From NCBI GenBank assembly GCA_000708835.1, contig DF237722.1, forward strand, positions 1 to 33,933: a DNA stretch of 33,933 bases, read 5' to 3'. Shown piece after piece: positions 10,901-21,868 of the stretch. This DNA comes from Klebsormidium nitens. Taxonomy: Eukaryota > Plantae > Klebsormidiophyceae. Every line of letters begins with the position of its first letter. Position 1 is the first letter of the stretch. The notes beneath the pieces are model-generated. The model was not told the origin of the DNA, did not search any database, and saw only the letters and a program-made list of their open reading frames with translations. Made by a program: the position numbers and the translations under genes.

Positions 10901-13900
10901 TCAACAAGAGGCATTCCGCAAAAATGAAAGGCCCTATCACAGAAGTTTCAGCTGGTATTCGAAAGTGCAAGAAATATGTCTCTGCCAACTACCTGAAACG
11001 TCTCTGCAAGGCGAGTCCCGATCTGGCCCCGCTTTGCGATCTTGGCGCGCCGCGCCTCGACCGCTTCCCGATGCACCCTCTCCTTCTCCTCTGTCGCCGC
11101 TTTCTCGTCCATCAGGGCGTACTGGACGGTGGGGTACGTCAGCTGCTTGATGCCGTCCCACCCGTACTGTTCGGCTCTGGAAAACAAATTCACTCGTCAG
11201 AGACGACGTTCTTGTCTTTAGAATCTTGAAGCAAGGGCAAAACTGAAGATGACCGTTCTTGAACGTGAGACGTGTGGTAAACCGCCGTCCTACCCGTACT
11301 GTTCCACTCTGGAAATAAAACATCCCATTTGTCAGACTTCTATATGATTGTGTTCAAAGTGCTGAAGCGAGGGCAAAACTGATGGTAGCCGTTCTTGAAT
11401 GGTCACGTCCCCCATACAGTGACTGGAGATGAATGAGAAACCTGCGTTTGAGCATGTCTGTTGAATCTTTCTCTTGACGGGCTTCGACCAACGTCACAAC
11501 GTGTCCGAAGTCCATTAGCGAGAAGTCAGTCAACGAAAGCTTAAACGGTTGCAGCCCAGGAACTTGAGAGAATTGTAGGACCTCGGTAATCAAGTGGGGG
11601 GAGTCTGGCCCTTACTTGTATCAGAAAAGTAGTCCTGCAAGGCGTCCAAACGTCAATACCCCTTTCTTTGACAAGGCTCTTTGCCGTCTCCCCTGCCTTC
11701 GACAGAAAAGTCATGTATTCCTAATTTGATGCACTTGTTCGCATGAACATGGTGGAACATATGCTGGACGAAGACAGCAAAAAATCCACTAGAACGACAA
11801 TCTGAGCCAAGCGGACCGCGACTCACAGCTCGTAGCTTTCGATGCTCTTCAGAGCCACGTAATGGTCCTCCCTCTCGCCGAGTCTGCCGGCCTCGCGGTG
11901 CGCCTGCTCTAGTTGCTCGTCCCGCCTCTCTTTCACGGCCATCCGGAAGATGACGTCCTCCGCGTCCGGGCCGAGGTCTTGGTATACCTTCTCCAGAGCA
12001 TCTGCATGCGTGCAAGTTCCGTAGTTAGGAACCTTGGTGTTAAGCGCAGAGAGTTGTCCCAGACCTGTAGACACTGCAGTCAATCTCCCAGTACGTAGCA
12101 AGGCGAGTGCCAGACACGGCGTTTCAAACTTAAATAACAAAGCCGCCCAAGCTCCTCTGTAGCTCAAGACGTAGAAGGGGCACGATATAGGAAGTGACCG
12201 ACGATAAAGCATAGCAACGAAGTGGAGGGGAAGGCTAATAGCAGGAGGCGAGCACGTGACCATATCTTCACGATCTATGCTTAATCTTCCAAGAAACACG
12301 AGATGGGAGACTCCACGATCGAACCTCAAGGAGCTCTCATTACCTCTCAGCCACAGCGAAGATTCAGTGCCCTCTTTGCAAACCTTCCTGTTTCGACCTG
12401 CACCTTCAACCCGCATGCCTGAATGGTTATCGGATCCAGCTTGCCAGCTCCAAAAGTAGAAGCCCGCACAGCCATCAACGGTCAGAAAAGGGCGAGACGG
12501 CACCCAATCAAATGCAATCGCACCTTTGTCCAGAATTTGTCCTCGCCATTGCTCAATGAGCATGTTTCGGAACTCCTCCCTCGAAAGATCCCGCCCAAGC
12601 CGCTTTTCTTCCGCATGTCGTAGCCGGTCTTCTTCGTGCATTACTAGCCGCACCTGCCAGAGAGTTGCGAGGGTAACGTCAATCTTCCTTGAAGACTCGA
12701 AACTGTTCCAAATCCAGTCATCCTGATTTTAGTGACTGGATCTAGAAGTGGCTGTTTGCGGGAGTGGCTACTTGCGGTAACTAGATTGTTTCTCTTCGAT
12801 CCAGGGAGATGCTCGACGCTTTTTGAAGTGGATTCCGTTGTCATGAACGCTGGAAAGGTTCGATCCAATCAGACCGAAAGTCTCCAACTATGATGATTGC
12901 TGGAAAGGGGCAATCTGACCGGAACTGTCCATAGGTTGAGTTGCTGGAAAGGCGTGAATCATTGTCCACTCTCTGCGAAAGTTGATGAATCCGACTTCGG
13001 AAACATAAATCGAACTAAGCTAAGTGCGCCCACCTGCGCTCGATCCTGGGCGGCCGGGAACACCCCCGTCGTCTTCCGAATAGCCTCCATCTTGCGCACG
13101 AGCGCGGCGCCGCGGATGGTGTGAAGACTCTCGTAGCGCTTGGCATCGTGCCAGGCCTGCAGCCACTCCTCGTACTCGCGCGAGAAGAAGGACGTCGGCT
13201 CCCGCAGGGCGAGAAGTCGGTCGCGCGCCGCATCCCGAGCGGTCTCAATGGATTTGACGGACTGCTCGATCGCCAGCACCTGCGGATTCGATGGTGTGAC
13301 GTGGCTGTGTCAGAGGTGGCCAGGTAGGCGGCGCTTGCTGATCGACCAGCGGATCCCCTGTCTCATGAGGCCCGTTTGATCTGACTACTCCTCAAAACGT
13401 AACGACTTCAGACGAAAACAGACAAACAACTAGAATTGAGGCACGTTTGGACTGATTGCTCTTCAGATCGTGATTCCTTCAGACGAGAAACAACAAGCTA
13501 ATAAACCATGCAGAAGCGTTCCTTGAAGGCAAGTGACAAGCTCAAGATAACTTCTGTTCCCCTCTCAACCCTGAAATGAAGTCCTGTTCTTCGACCGACG
13601 CCAGACCGCCTCGACTACAAACCTGACCTGGCTATGTCAAAGCCCAAAGCAGAGACCCAGATTCAGCCACGGAGTCAGTTTCGCGACCATTCCCTCCACG
13701 TCGGGGTCCTCCTTCACAGCATCGGGCACCAGTTCCAAAGGCTCAACGGCGGCCAGCCCGTCTCTATAGAACCCTAAACTGGACCGTACCCCCAAATCCA
13801 AACGGAACAGAAGGTTGATTCACAACCGTTTCATCATTCCTGCTTTGCGATCACGGGCCCACCGCCGAGGCAGCCTCGAAGACCGCCACTACACTCTCAT

Positions 13901-16409
13901 GTAATCCTAACCTAGATCTAGCCACAAGCCAAGGCAATAGACTAAAGCACCAAACAGGAACATCTTTCAAAGCCCGCCCACCTCTGGGTCCTGCTTCACG
14001 ATCTCGGGCACCACTTCTGAGGCGGCCTCAACGGCCGCCAGCCCCGCGTCCACGTCGTCCTGCTTGAACTGCGCGATGCGCGCCAGGCCCGCCTCGCGCT
14101 GCTTGCGCCGCTTCTCCTCGCGCTCAACGGACTGCGCAAGGGCCAGCTCGCGAATGCTCTTGTCCATCTTCCCAGCCAGCTCGACAGCTGCATCAGGGCT
14201 GCGGAAAGAATGAGAGACGAGGTTGGGGCTGTGAAAAGGAAAGGAGAGGTGGGGAGTGAAGAGCAGTAATAGGTTGAACGAGGATGGACTAATTGCCTAA
14301 GTTTGATCTCGTCAGGGCAGATTTGCATTGCACTTGTCTATCTCCCAGGCCAGCTCGACCGCTGCATCAGGGCTGCGGCAAAACGAGATGGGATACACGG
14401 GTTGAAGAGTTAGAAGGTTGACCAAGACAAATTGACCCCATGTACATTCTTCTGCGAAGGTCGAATCGCAGAAGCACTTCTCCATCTTCCCGGCCAGCTT
14501 GACAGCTGCGCCAGGGCTGCAAAAGGGAGGAGTTGAACAAAGATGACTTTGACGACTGTAGTTCGGTAAGCGCGAAGTCGGCAGATGCTCCCATCCATCT
14601 TCCGAGCCAGCTTCGCAGCTGCACTGGGGCCGTAAAACAGAAAAGGAAACGGCGGTTAAGTCGAAAAGTAAAGGTCGAAGAAGGATGATTTGCAGCGCAG
14701 CTTCCGTTTGGTGAGGGCCAATTCAAGGATGCAGGTGTAAATCTTGCGGAACAGCTTGGCGGGAGGAAGTACCTAGTAAGAAATAACTAATACGTAGTAC
14801 GCTTAAGGTAGATGGATATGACTTGCTATGGCTAAGTCGCAGTCCATCCGTGTTCGAGAAGAATTGGCACCAGCGCCTGGGTCGTCAAAGGGATTCTAAA
14901 GGAAAAGCAAGAAAAACTAGCATTTACCCAGCGGCATGCGGAGATTGTGGAGCTCTGTTTCGGAAAGCCCATCCTCGAACACTAGCAGTACTGGCAAAGC
15001 TGATGAAAGTAAAGGCTGTTACAGAACAGGTAGGACGATATCTGCTCTCAGCATGTAAGTCAGCAAGATCGCAATGCCGTTTTTTACATTGCCACAGATA
15101 TCAAGAGTAGCATTCATTCCAGATGTGGATCTCTTCGAAGTAGCTATGGATAAAAAAGTAGGGGGCACTGCTGGTCACAGATGCCCTTTTCGAGATCAAC
15201 AGCTTCAAAAGCCGTCAATCCTGGGGACCTTCTTTACACGCCGGCAAACCCGGTCGAATGTATGAAACAAAATATCGAACCAATGTACAGAATCTCTGGT
15301 GGGTCATGACCAGAGGCGGTGCACTTTTTTGAACATGTCGCTATTTTGGAACTGCGCAGATGGTAGCAGAACGGACTTACTCTCCCGATTCTAGTGCAGC
15401 AATATATTCTGCGTACTGGTTCACGATGGTCGGGTGGTTCATACAGGCGGCCAGTTCATCTCCTCGCTGCTCACTGCAAAGAAAGGAGTTTTTAGTAAGA
15501 TATTGGGGCGGAAGATTGTCAAGCTGCATAACGTCAGCAATTCATGTGACTCAACTGTACTGAAAGCAAAGAGTGAGGGAGCGACCATTGCCCAAAATGA
15601 GCTACCACTGGATCTTACAAGACGGGAAAACCTGGACGCCTGCTTTGAATCAACGTTTAATCTGGTTCATGCTGAGTTGGAGAGATGCACTGTCAATGCA
15701 CAGATGTCCCAGTCCTTCCTCACAATGCACAAATCCATGAACTAGAAAATTTCCCGAAGTGAGTGAAGCTACCCAGAAGGTAACTTCAAGACCCGAGTCC
15801 CCCTCCTTTCCTGACTATGTCCCAGCATATATCAACGAGACAAAGCAAGGTATGCGGCAAATAACTCTCCAACTCGAAGCAGATAACTCTCCAACTCACT
15901 TCTTCAGCCTCCTCATCTCCTTGGGCACATCGAACAGCACAGCCTGGAGGAGCGGCGTCGCGGTCTTGGGCAGCCCAAAACTGTTCGTCGTCCGCCGCAG
16001 GTCTATCCAGTTGTCCGCCTCGTCTCCGTACAGATCCAAAAACTTTTCGGTGATCTTGCGTGCGGACGACTTGGGCACGTCCCGGACCTTCGCGCCCGTG
16101 GCGGGATCCAGGCCGTACATCTCTAGTTGCTTGGTGTAAGGGCCCATCACCATGTAGCGCAACTTGCGCACCTCAGGGGACTCTTGCAGGTTCTGCATGA
16201 AACGATAAAAATGAGCCATGACCTTGAGGCTCTGAACGGTTCTGCATGAAACGATGATAACGAGCCATGACCCTGAAGGCTCTGAAACACGGCAGGTGAT
16301 CTGAGACGACAGCAATTTGAGTGGAACGAAGGTTGCTTAAGATGGGAGAATTGTGTAGTCTTGAGCAGAAAAGACGACTCATGGTGGCCAATGCTTGCTT
16401 CGTAAAGAG

Positions 16410-16440
<31 letters not shown>

Positions 16441-19400
16441 AGGACAACGACCTTTGGTTGCCGATGACCAGCTTTACGTGAAGACTTTGCAACTTCGAGA
16501 AGAAGAGGGACGACTGAGGAGAGAGATTGGGACGATTCGGTCAAGACGGTAATCCCTGGACGTCATTTTGGCAAGCAGAGGGCGTTCTTAAGCTCGCCCT
16601 CTATTCAGAAAACAGAAAGTACATACAAAGTTGGGACTTGAAGAGCCTTCGGAAGAGCTCAAACCAACCCGGACACCTCTATCAGCACTAAGAAGCTTTG
16701 CTTATGCACATTACTAAGGAACGGGCCTAAATTGGCAGGAAAGAGCATTCTTTGCAGTTATTGAAAAGCAACCAATTGATGTAAAAGTCAAATGTAAAGA
16801 GTCTTCCTAGTGACTCCCTCCGATTAGCTTCTACTTTGAAAGATAGCAAATTCAAAAAGCGCGACTTTGGAGTGGTTTCTCCAACTACCTCCATCAGCGA
16901 GAGCGGGTCGTTGTTGATCTCTTCTTCTTCCTCAGGCCCCTGCGCCAACTGCCGGTTGACCCCCCACGTATTGAACACCCAGGCAGGGTCTTCTTTCTTC
17001 ATCAACTCCAGGTTCTCGCGCCACCCGGGCCGCCGCTCGACGATCGCACGCCGTGTTGTCTCGTCCCACCAAAACTGTTCCACCTCCTGCGTTTGAATAC
17101 CCTCAGGAATCAGCAACGAAAGAGTAAACAAAGGGGTGATATGTGCACTGCGGTCTTGTAAAGAACCGATTCTTGCCTGGTTTACTTCCTGCAAAGAAAG
17201 GCGTCTACAGAATCGATCCTTGCGTGGTTTACTTCCTGTAAGCGGAGGTGTAAAAGCAGGGCAAGGCGTCGGAAACTGGAAACCAAACGGTTTGACTCAG
17301 AAAGAGAGCCGACTTCCATAAGAAGGCAAGATGATGAGGGTTTGAGGAAACTTGCGAGCTGCCTTTTGCCGAATTGCCACGTTCTTGCAGAACCATGAGT
17401 CGAGCTGATGGGGTTAAGTTGCAAAACGACTGGTGAGCAAACTTAAGCATGTGCGACGCCCTTGAAACGTGCACCAGCACAAGTCGCATGAGCTGCCTTT
17501 TGTGGCAGGATGCAAGTAACATAAATAAACCCCACCGCTTTGCACTTGCTGCAGATTAGACACGACATACCTCTGCAGCCTCCATCTTTTCCCGAGGCGT
17601 CAGGTGCTCCTTGTGCCCCTCCACCAGGTACTTGCGGAGCGTCCACCACTTGGCGGTGTGCGGGTCGTTCGCCAGGAACTCCCTTTCAACGTCGGTCTGC
17701 AGATGCAAGAGCAGTGTAGGCTGAGAACACAAGGTGCTGTGAGGGGCACGTTCTTGAGCAGCATGAGGTTTATCGCCAGTGCACTCGAATTAACAATGAT
17801 AACATGAACGAGAAATTCCCTCCCTTTTGAATTCCTCCTGCATACAAAAGGTCGAAGCAGATGGAGAGGATACTTCGCCCTAATTAGTCCACAAATCTGA
17901 GGTTCGTTTGCATGAACAACATCGCTAGTGGTTGTAAGAAGTTACTCGAGCAGACATAGAAGAGAAAAGGCCGATCAGGGACGTTTCCGAATCCGTTCAT
18001 CTTCATCTAGTCCAACCCGAATTGACACAGGCTCTATCTTTGCTACTTATCCGCTAAAAGGATGCTATCCATCACTCGAGAATTGCGGGTTTGAGCAGAG
18101 AGCCGGCCAAACCCGCAAAGCTCGAGCGAGAGTATGAGTAAGGAGGTGTGAATCTTTCCAGACAAGACCCAACAGGGAAGACTTCGGCACTGACAATCGT
18201 TGAGGGAAAACATCATCCCAACTTCCTCTCTACATACCCGTCTTAAAGAGAGAATTCGAGCTTGCTCTCGAAACAGCGACATAGATCTCTTGATGCTAGA
18301 TTAGAAGATCTACGATCGCTCTACCACAGTCGACTTTGCACTAATAACAAAGAACGTGTCAGGGCTTGGAAGAAGAAACGGGATCGAGAATGGGAGGCTT
18401 GGATCAAACTATCCGCTGTTCAAAAAGAAAGGGAGGAGCAACAAGGAGTGCCAAGAGTGCTCACCACGGGCTGACCATAGGGGTTGGTCATGATCCACTG
18501 GTCCATTGCCCGCCCCGGTCCGTGCATGTACTGCAGGCAATAGTGGACAGAAAATACTGGGGACACTCTTAAGTTCTTGCCAAGATGCTCCTCTGCTCCA
18601 AGCCAGACTTTGTCCCTCGTATTCCATATTAAACATACCCTCCAACTTCTAACTGAACACTGGTTTGATATATGATCGGCGCAGTCTTTGAAGCTTGTTG
18701 ACAGCAACTTTTGCACGTAAGGCGAACTATTGAGAACTCTGAGCAGTAGATGAACCTCCTGAACCTCAACCAAGAGAGCTTTGGCAATTGTTGGCCGCTC
18801 TCTAAGTGAGGAAACGTGTGCTTACGTAGTCGATATCCGGCCAATTATCGATCTTCTTGGCATCGCCATGGCACCCCTGGCACTTGATGACGCCCTGCAG
18901 TGATGGATGACATCAGCACTTGGAGGTGCTGCCTTTATCAGTTGACAGAAAACGAGTACACCGACAGAGTCCACTGTTGGGCTCCCTTGACAACCTGAAG
19001 AGTCCTCTTAGAGTACCCAGGTCCGACCACTTCCAACCACTTCCTGACCTTCCGACCACTTCCTGACCACCTGTTGACCCCAATCAATGCTTCTTCAAAC
19101 CCAACTGCTGTCCCACCAATTCTTGCAATGCTACCTCCCTATTGCAGGCTTGCAAGGCACAGTCCCCGTAGATCCAACCTTCCATGATCAATTCTCCTTT
19201 CAAGAAACCCGATCCTTGAGCTCATATGATACGAAGCTCACCTCCCCGTCACAGGCCTTGCACGGCAGCATCCCAGGCTTCTGCCCCAGGACCTTGAACT
19301 TGCTCATGCTGTATGCCATTTCCGCATTCAGCTCATCCTTATGCGCCTTCAGGCCCCGCGCCCTGCCAACGATCTTCCCTGCTTCTCCTCCGACCAGGTC

Positions 19401-20660
19401 TGCTAACTCCTTTCCCTCTGCGTCTGCTTTCTCAAGCAGCTCCGGGTTGTGGACGTTTGTCCACATGGCCTGGGCAAATTTGCTGGAGAGTGGAGCAAGA
19501 GATAACCGCGTTGACTCTGTGCTCTTCGCAACCTCCAGTTGTGATAGTTCCTTTTGAGAGGCAGCGAAACGAGAGTAGCTCTTTCCCTAGGCAAATGCAA
19601 CAACAATCCATCTTAAACAGTCTACCTTGCTTGTCAACGCACGGAAGCTCACATGACATTATAAGAGGTCTGCGTCAGGATGAAAAAGAATGATGGAAAT
19701 CTACCAGAATTTCTTTCTCATGTGAAAGTTTTGACGCTAGCTCCAATACAGAAGCGGCCTTCCACACATAACGGTGATGCTCTTCCCTAGAGGCTGCAGA
19801 TGCGACAAACTCAGAAAGATCCTTGCCACGACCAAGCTTGACGAGACGAAGAAGATATTAGCGAAAGCAGCATGCCAACGAGATTTGGACCTTCTCACGC
19901 GACAGAACATCTTGATATGGCACCATGTAGCTGTTGAGAAGTGGTCCCCACCTCTCATAGGGAAGGGAGCCCCGAGACTCGCACACAGGGCAGATTTCAT
20001 GCTCAAAGCCTCCGCAACGGTTGCACTCTCTGCAATGGGGGCGCTTTGTCATCACAAAGGCCGAGACAGATGTTCCTCTTCAATCGGGCCTCAGCCATAG
20101 AATGCAATTGCAGACAGACGATTCGAGTTGTCTACAGCGTTCCCTATAAAATGACTCAGCATGCTTGCAATCTTGTATCCAGTCTAATAGTCAACTCTCT
20201 GCACGCCCTCCACTGCAGATACAAAGCACCCGATCCAAGCCCTGCTTAGGAGTGACTGCAATAAGGCTCACTTTTTAGTCCGAAGCCAGTCCCATTGCTT
20301 CTTGAACATGTTGTTCTCCCCACGGGCTTGTCGAAGAATGTGGAACTGCAGGAGAAATGAGGATGCTTCGAGCAGAATTAAAAAGTGAAGCATATCTGTG
20401 AAAAAGGGAGGCGTCAGCCACTACGTCCAACTCGACCTGTGCTCGCTTCCGCGGAAACGTGCTTGACTTGGGATAAGAGTTGTTAAGCTCTAAACTGGGG
20501 AATTCCCTCGACCACCAAGTGCACCTCCTTAGCACCTTTTTGAACTACGCGTAGTACAAGGGGCCGCACACCACCATTTGCATCAGAACTTTGTGCACTT
20601 TCCACCTGGCTCATACATAGAGCTATCTCAACTCGGTAGTATGATATTCGCAGCGGCAAC
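4997..20660 (-). CDS. Uncharacterised ~1,240+ aa charged/coiled-coil protein with four CxxCxG(xG) DnaJ-type zinc-finger motifs; 22 exons, 5' end unresolved
   Basis: Exons in transcript order: 20660-20525, 20345-20272, 20029-19899, 19793-19705, 19469-19242, 18894-18826, 18530-18465, 17696-17571, 17086-16889, 16192-15900, 15473-15381, 14198-13982, 13279-13034, 12653-12524, 12001-11827, 11176-10993, 10241-9922, 9322-9088, 8299-8094, 7112-6959, 6264-6109, 5194-4997 (TAG). Every junction is GT-AG and phase-matched, giving one open frame. Motifs CNRCGG, CPVCESRG, CKACDGEG, CQGCHG; long E/K/R/A-rich helices. First and last exons are less certain; the start may lie near 21512 (acaATGG) or further upstream. 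Confidence 0.8.
5741..5794. repeat. Overlapping inverted repeats (chained hairpins)
   Basis: TGTCCCAGC (5741-49) / GCTGGGACA (5757-65) / TGTCCCAGC (5771-79), overlapped by GACAGATTTTGTC (5762-74) / GACAAAATCTGTC (5782-94). Confidence 0.85.
7045..7905 (-). repeat. Tandem array of decayed copies of the 3' splice site plus first ~65 nt of exon 7112-6959
   Basis: Copies at ~7202-7272, ~7452-7517, ~7650-7720, ~7843-7905. Conceptual translations: RFSLEGTVRPDVLEAVFDKEPLFS; a frameshifted RLLLEA...; FCLKGTVWLDIFWPVFQKK; SVFDEEPSFS. Real exon: RFLLEGTVRPDVLEAIFDKEPLFS. Confidence 0.9.
11160..11435 (-). repeat. ~132-bp tandem duplication spanning the acceptor of exon 11176-10993
   Basis: ACCCGTACTGTTCGGCTCTGGAAA...GCAAGGGCAAAACTGA..G.CCGTTCTTGAA at 11160-11264 is repeated at 11292-11400. 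Possible third trace at ~11411-11430. Confidence 0.85.
13696..13889 (-). repeat. Decayed copies of the 3' end and donor of exon 14198-13982
   Basis: 13696-13760 TCGGGGTCCTCCTTCACAGCATCGGGCACCAGTTCC...CTCAACGGCGGCCAGCCC matches exon TCTGGGTCCTGCTTCACGATCTCGGGCACCACTTCT...CTCAACGGCCGCCAGCCC. A shorter copy lies at ~13855-13889. Confidence 0.8.
14160..14640 (-). repeat. Tandem array of decayed copies of the acceptor plus first ~40 nt of exon 14198-13982
   Basis: Real exon start PDAAVELAGKMDK. Copies read PDAAVELAWEIDK (~14333-14374), PGAAVKLAGKMEK (~14477-14518) and PSAAAKLARKMDG (~14590-14632, AG lost). Confidence 0.9.
16189..16286 (-). repeat. 49-bp tandem duplication containing the acceptor of exon 16192-15900
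   Basis: GGTTCTGCATGAAACGAT...GAGCCATGACC.TGA.GGCTCTGAA at 16189-16236 and 16238-16286. Confidence 0.9.
16408..16445. repeat. (AACGGAG)4 short tandem repeat, intronic
   Basis: GAGGAACGGAGAACGGAGAACGGAGAACGGAGAAAGGA seen directly. Confidence 0.85.
17163..17240 (-). repeat. 47-bp-period duplication resembling a decayed acceptor and start of exon 17086-16889
   Basis: GATTCTTGCCTGGTTTACTTCCTGCA and GATCCTTGCGTGGTTTACTTCCTGTA. On - they read cag|GAAGTAAACCA (EVNQ/EVNH) versus the real cag|GAGGTGGAACAG (EVEQ). Confidence 0.65.
19019..19078. repeat. Degenerate (CCGACCACTT/CCTGACCACTT)n intronic tandem repeat
   Basis: GTCCGACCACTTCCAACCACTTCCTGACCTTCCGACCACTTCCTGACCACCTG. Confidence 0.7.
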
Positions 20661-21780
20661 CTGAAAAACAATGCTTGAATTTGCTTACAACTTCACCTAA
20701 AAGGGTGCGAGCAACCAACATGACAGAAGTGCCCTGCTGAGCCTTGACAAGACGCTGTTCCTAAGGGCGATAGCACTCTCGTGCTCTCACTTGTACTCTC
20801 ACCAAGTGACTCCAGTAAGATTGATCGAGTGTCTCCACAGACGCAAGACCAATGAAGTACAGTACTTATGGAACAAACTGGTAAAAGGGGGTGTTGTACG
20901 AGGACCAAAGAAAGAATACGATTGGACTGGGCGACGCAGCTTTATAAGTTGCATGTACGGATAACTTCCTTGACAAATGAGTGCGCTCAGCACAAACCAT
21001 AATGCTGCTTGGCACCAGAGCAGAATCAGCATCTTACAACACCCAAGCTTGCATTACACCACTTTGAGAAAAGCATGCAGCATTGCCTACGCAGCACCAT
21101 TACCAAACCCCCGGCAACTCTGTGGCAGTGCCTTTAAAGTGCACTTTTTCCAAGCAATGCTGCTCGACCAATCAGCTGGGAAAGATTCGATCCTGTCAGC
21201 TCAACAAAGCAGTGACGCAGATTTTCTGTTACACTCAATAAATGCAAAATGCAAGCACAATGCCACGACCATGCGGCTTTTGCAAGAAATAAAGAGAGCA
21301 CCAAGGAAGTTTTCAGAAGCTAGTGGACAGGAAGGATGCTGGCTCACAAATGAATACAAGCTGACAGGTCCTGTAAACATATGTAGCAAATGCACTGGGA
21401 TGGGGTAGAAGAATCGCATGATCTTCATGATCGGCCCTCCGGCGCCGACCGGAAAGGTCGCACTTGGCTCATCTGACATCTCAAACTCCACCATGCCTGA
21501 TATGTCCGCCATTGTAGCTGCGCGTTTCCAACTTGCCTGCCAGGAGCTAGCAAAAGGTCTTCATTCAACAAACTCTGAAAATTTGCCTCTACGTTGTCAC
21601 CGCTGCCACCGTACCCATCCTTTAGACATCTAATGTAGGTATTCAATGGCGTTCCTGAAGAGGTTCCTGAAACCACTGTCACCCCTGCTAACGACTACCT
21701 ACCTATGTTTAAAAGTATACCTATGCCAGTCCAGGTGACATGGTGTCGAGCAGGCGGCTGGCCAGCTGAAACAGAGGCGT

Positions 21781-21868
21781 AAACCCTATCCTGCTGGGCA
21801 AATTGAAACCCTGTCCTCACAAACTCTACCTTTAAACCCCTAAAAGCCTACAACCCTAAAACCCTAAA
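21781..21868. repeat. Interstitial telomere-like / telo-box cluster (AAACCCTA, CCCTAAAA)
   Basis: AAACCCTAT..., GAAACCCTG, TTTAAACCCCTAAAAGCCTACAACCCTAAAACCCTAAAG. Confidence 0.65.

Noticed and set aside
11823-12653. 276-aa continuous - ORF
   Set aside because: It reads through an intron (12523-12002) between two real exons; the middle part is intron-like in composition.
7045-14640. Repeat-spacer-repeat arrays at 7045-7905 and 14160-14640 as CRISPR arrays
   Set aside because: The repeats are degenerate copies of adjacent exon starts with polarised decay, the DNA is eukaryotic and spliced, and no cas genes are present.
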